Shown piece by piece: positions 63,951-64,000 of a DNA stretch of 64,000 nt. The position numbers were made by a program, and so were the translations under genes. Under the pieces are notes generated by a model. It worked only from the letters and a program-made list of their open reading frames with translations, did not search any database and had not been told where the DNA came from. Every line of letters begins with the position of its first letter. Position 1 is the first letter of the stretch. This DNA comes from Octopus sinensis (Eukaryota): NCBI RefSeq assembly GCF_006345805.1, contig NC_042997.1:73780001-73844000 (forward strand), written 5' to 3'.

Positions 63951-64000
<50 letters not shown>
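63640..64000 (+). repeat. (TA)n-rich array; comparable arrays at 21441-21730, 55772-56260, 57302-58100 and 61205-61807
   Basis: Direct reading; they generate the YI-repeat ORFs. Confidence 0.95.

Overview
AT-rich, repeat-dominated eukaryotic genomic DNA, most consistent with an octopus (cephalopod) genome given its SINE families and very dense (TA)n/(TAA)n/(TACA)n microsatellites; the species call is an inference. One convincing host exon was found: 47248-47348 (+), AG/GT-bounded, encoding TM6-ECL3 of a class A neuropeptide GPCR most like leucokinin/lymnokinin receptors. Almost everything else is decayed mobile DNA: R4/Dong-type RLE retrotransposons, RTE, CR1, L1/Tx1, Penelope-like elements, Tc1, mariner, maT, hAT, Helitron-like ends, MITEs and tRNA-derived SINEs. 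No intact transposase or RT was seen, and most listed ORFs are microsatellite or antisense artefacts. The most interesting signals are: (i) short noncoding elements headed by an HDV-like ribozyme candidate and sitting in (TATG)n; (ii) a same-strand stack of elements inside (TAA)n; (iii) a minimal hammerhead-like motif; (iv) young fold-back and patchwork duplications copied from nearby DNA at 37.9-38.8 kb and 56.9-62 kb; (v) an ORF1-only Tx1-like element flanked by direct repeats. All alignments, identities and family assignments were made by eye and need computational confirmation.
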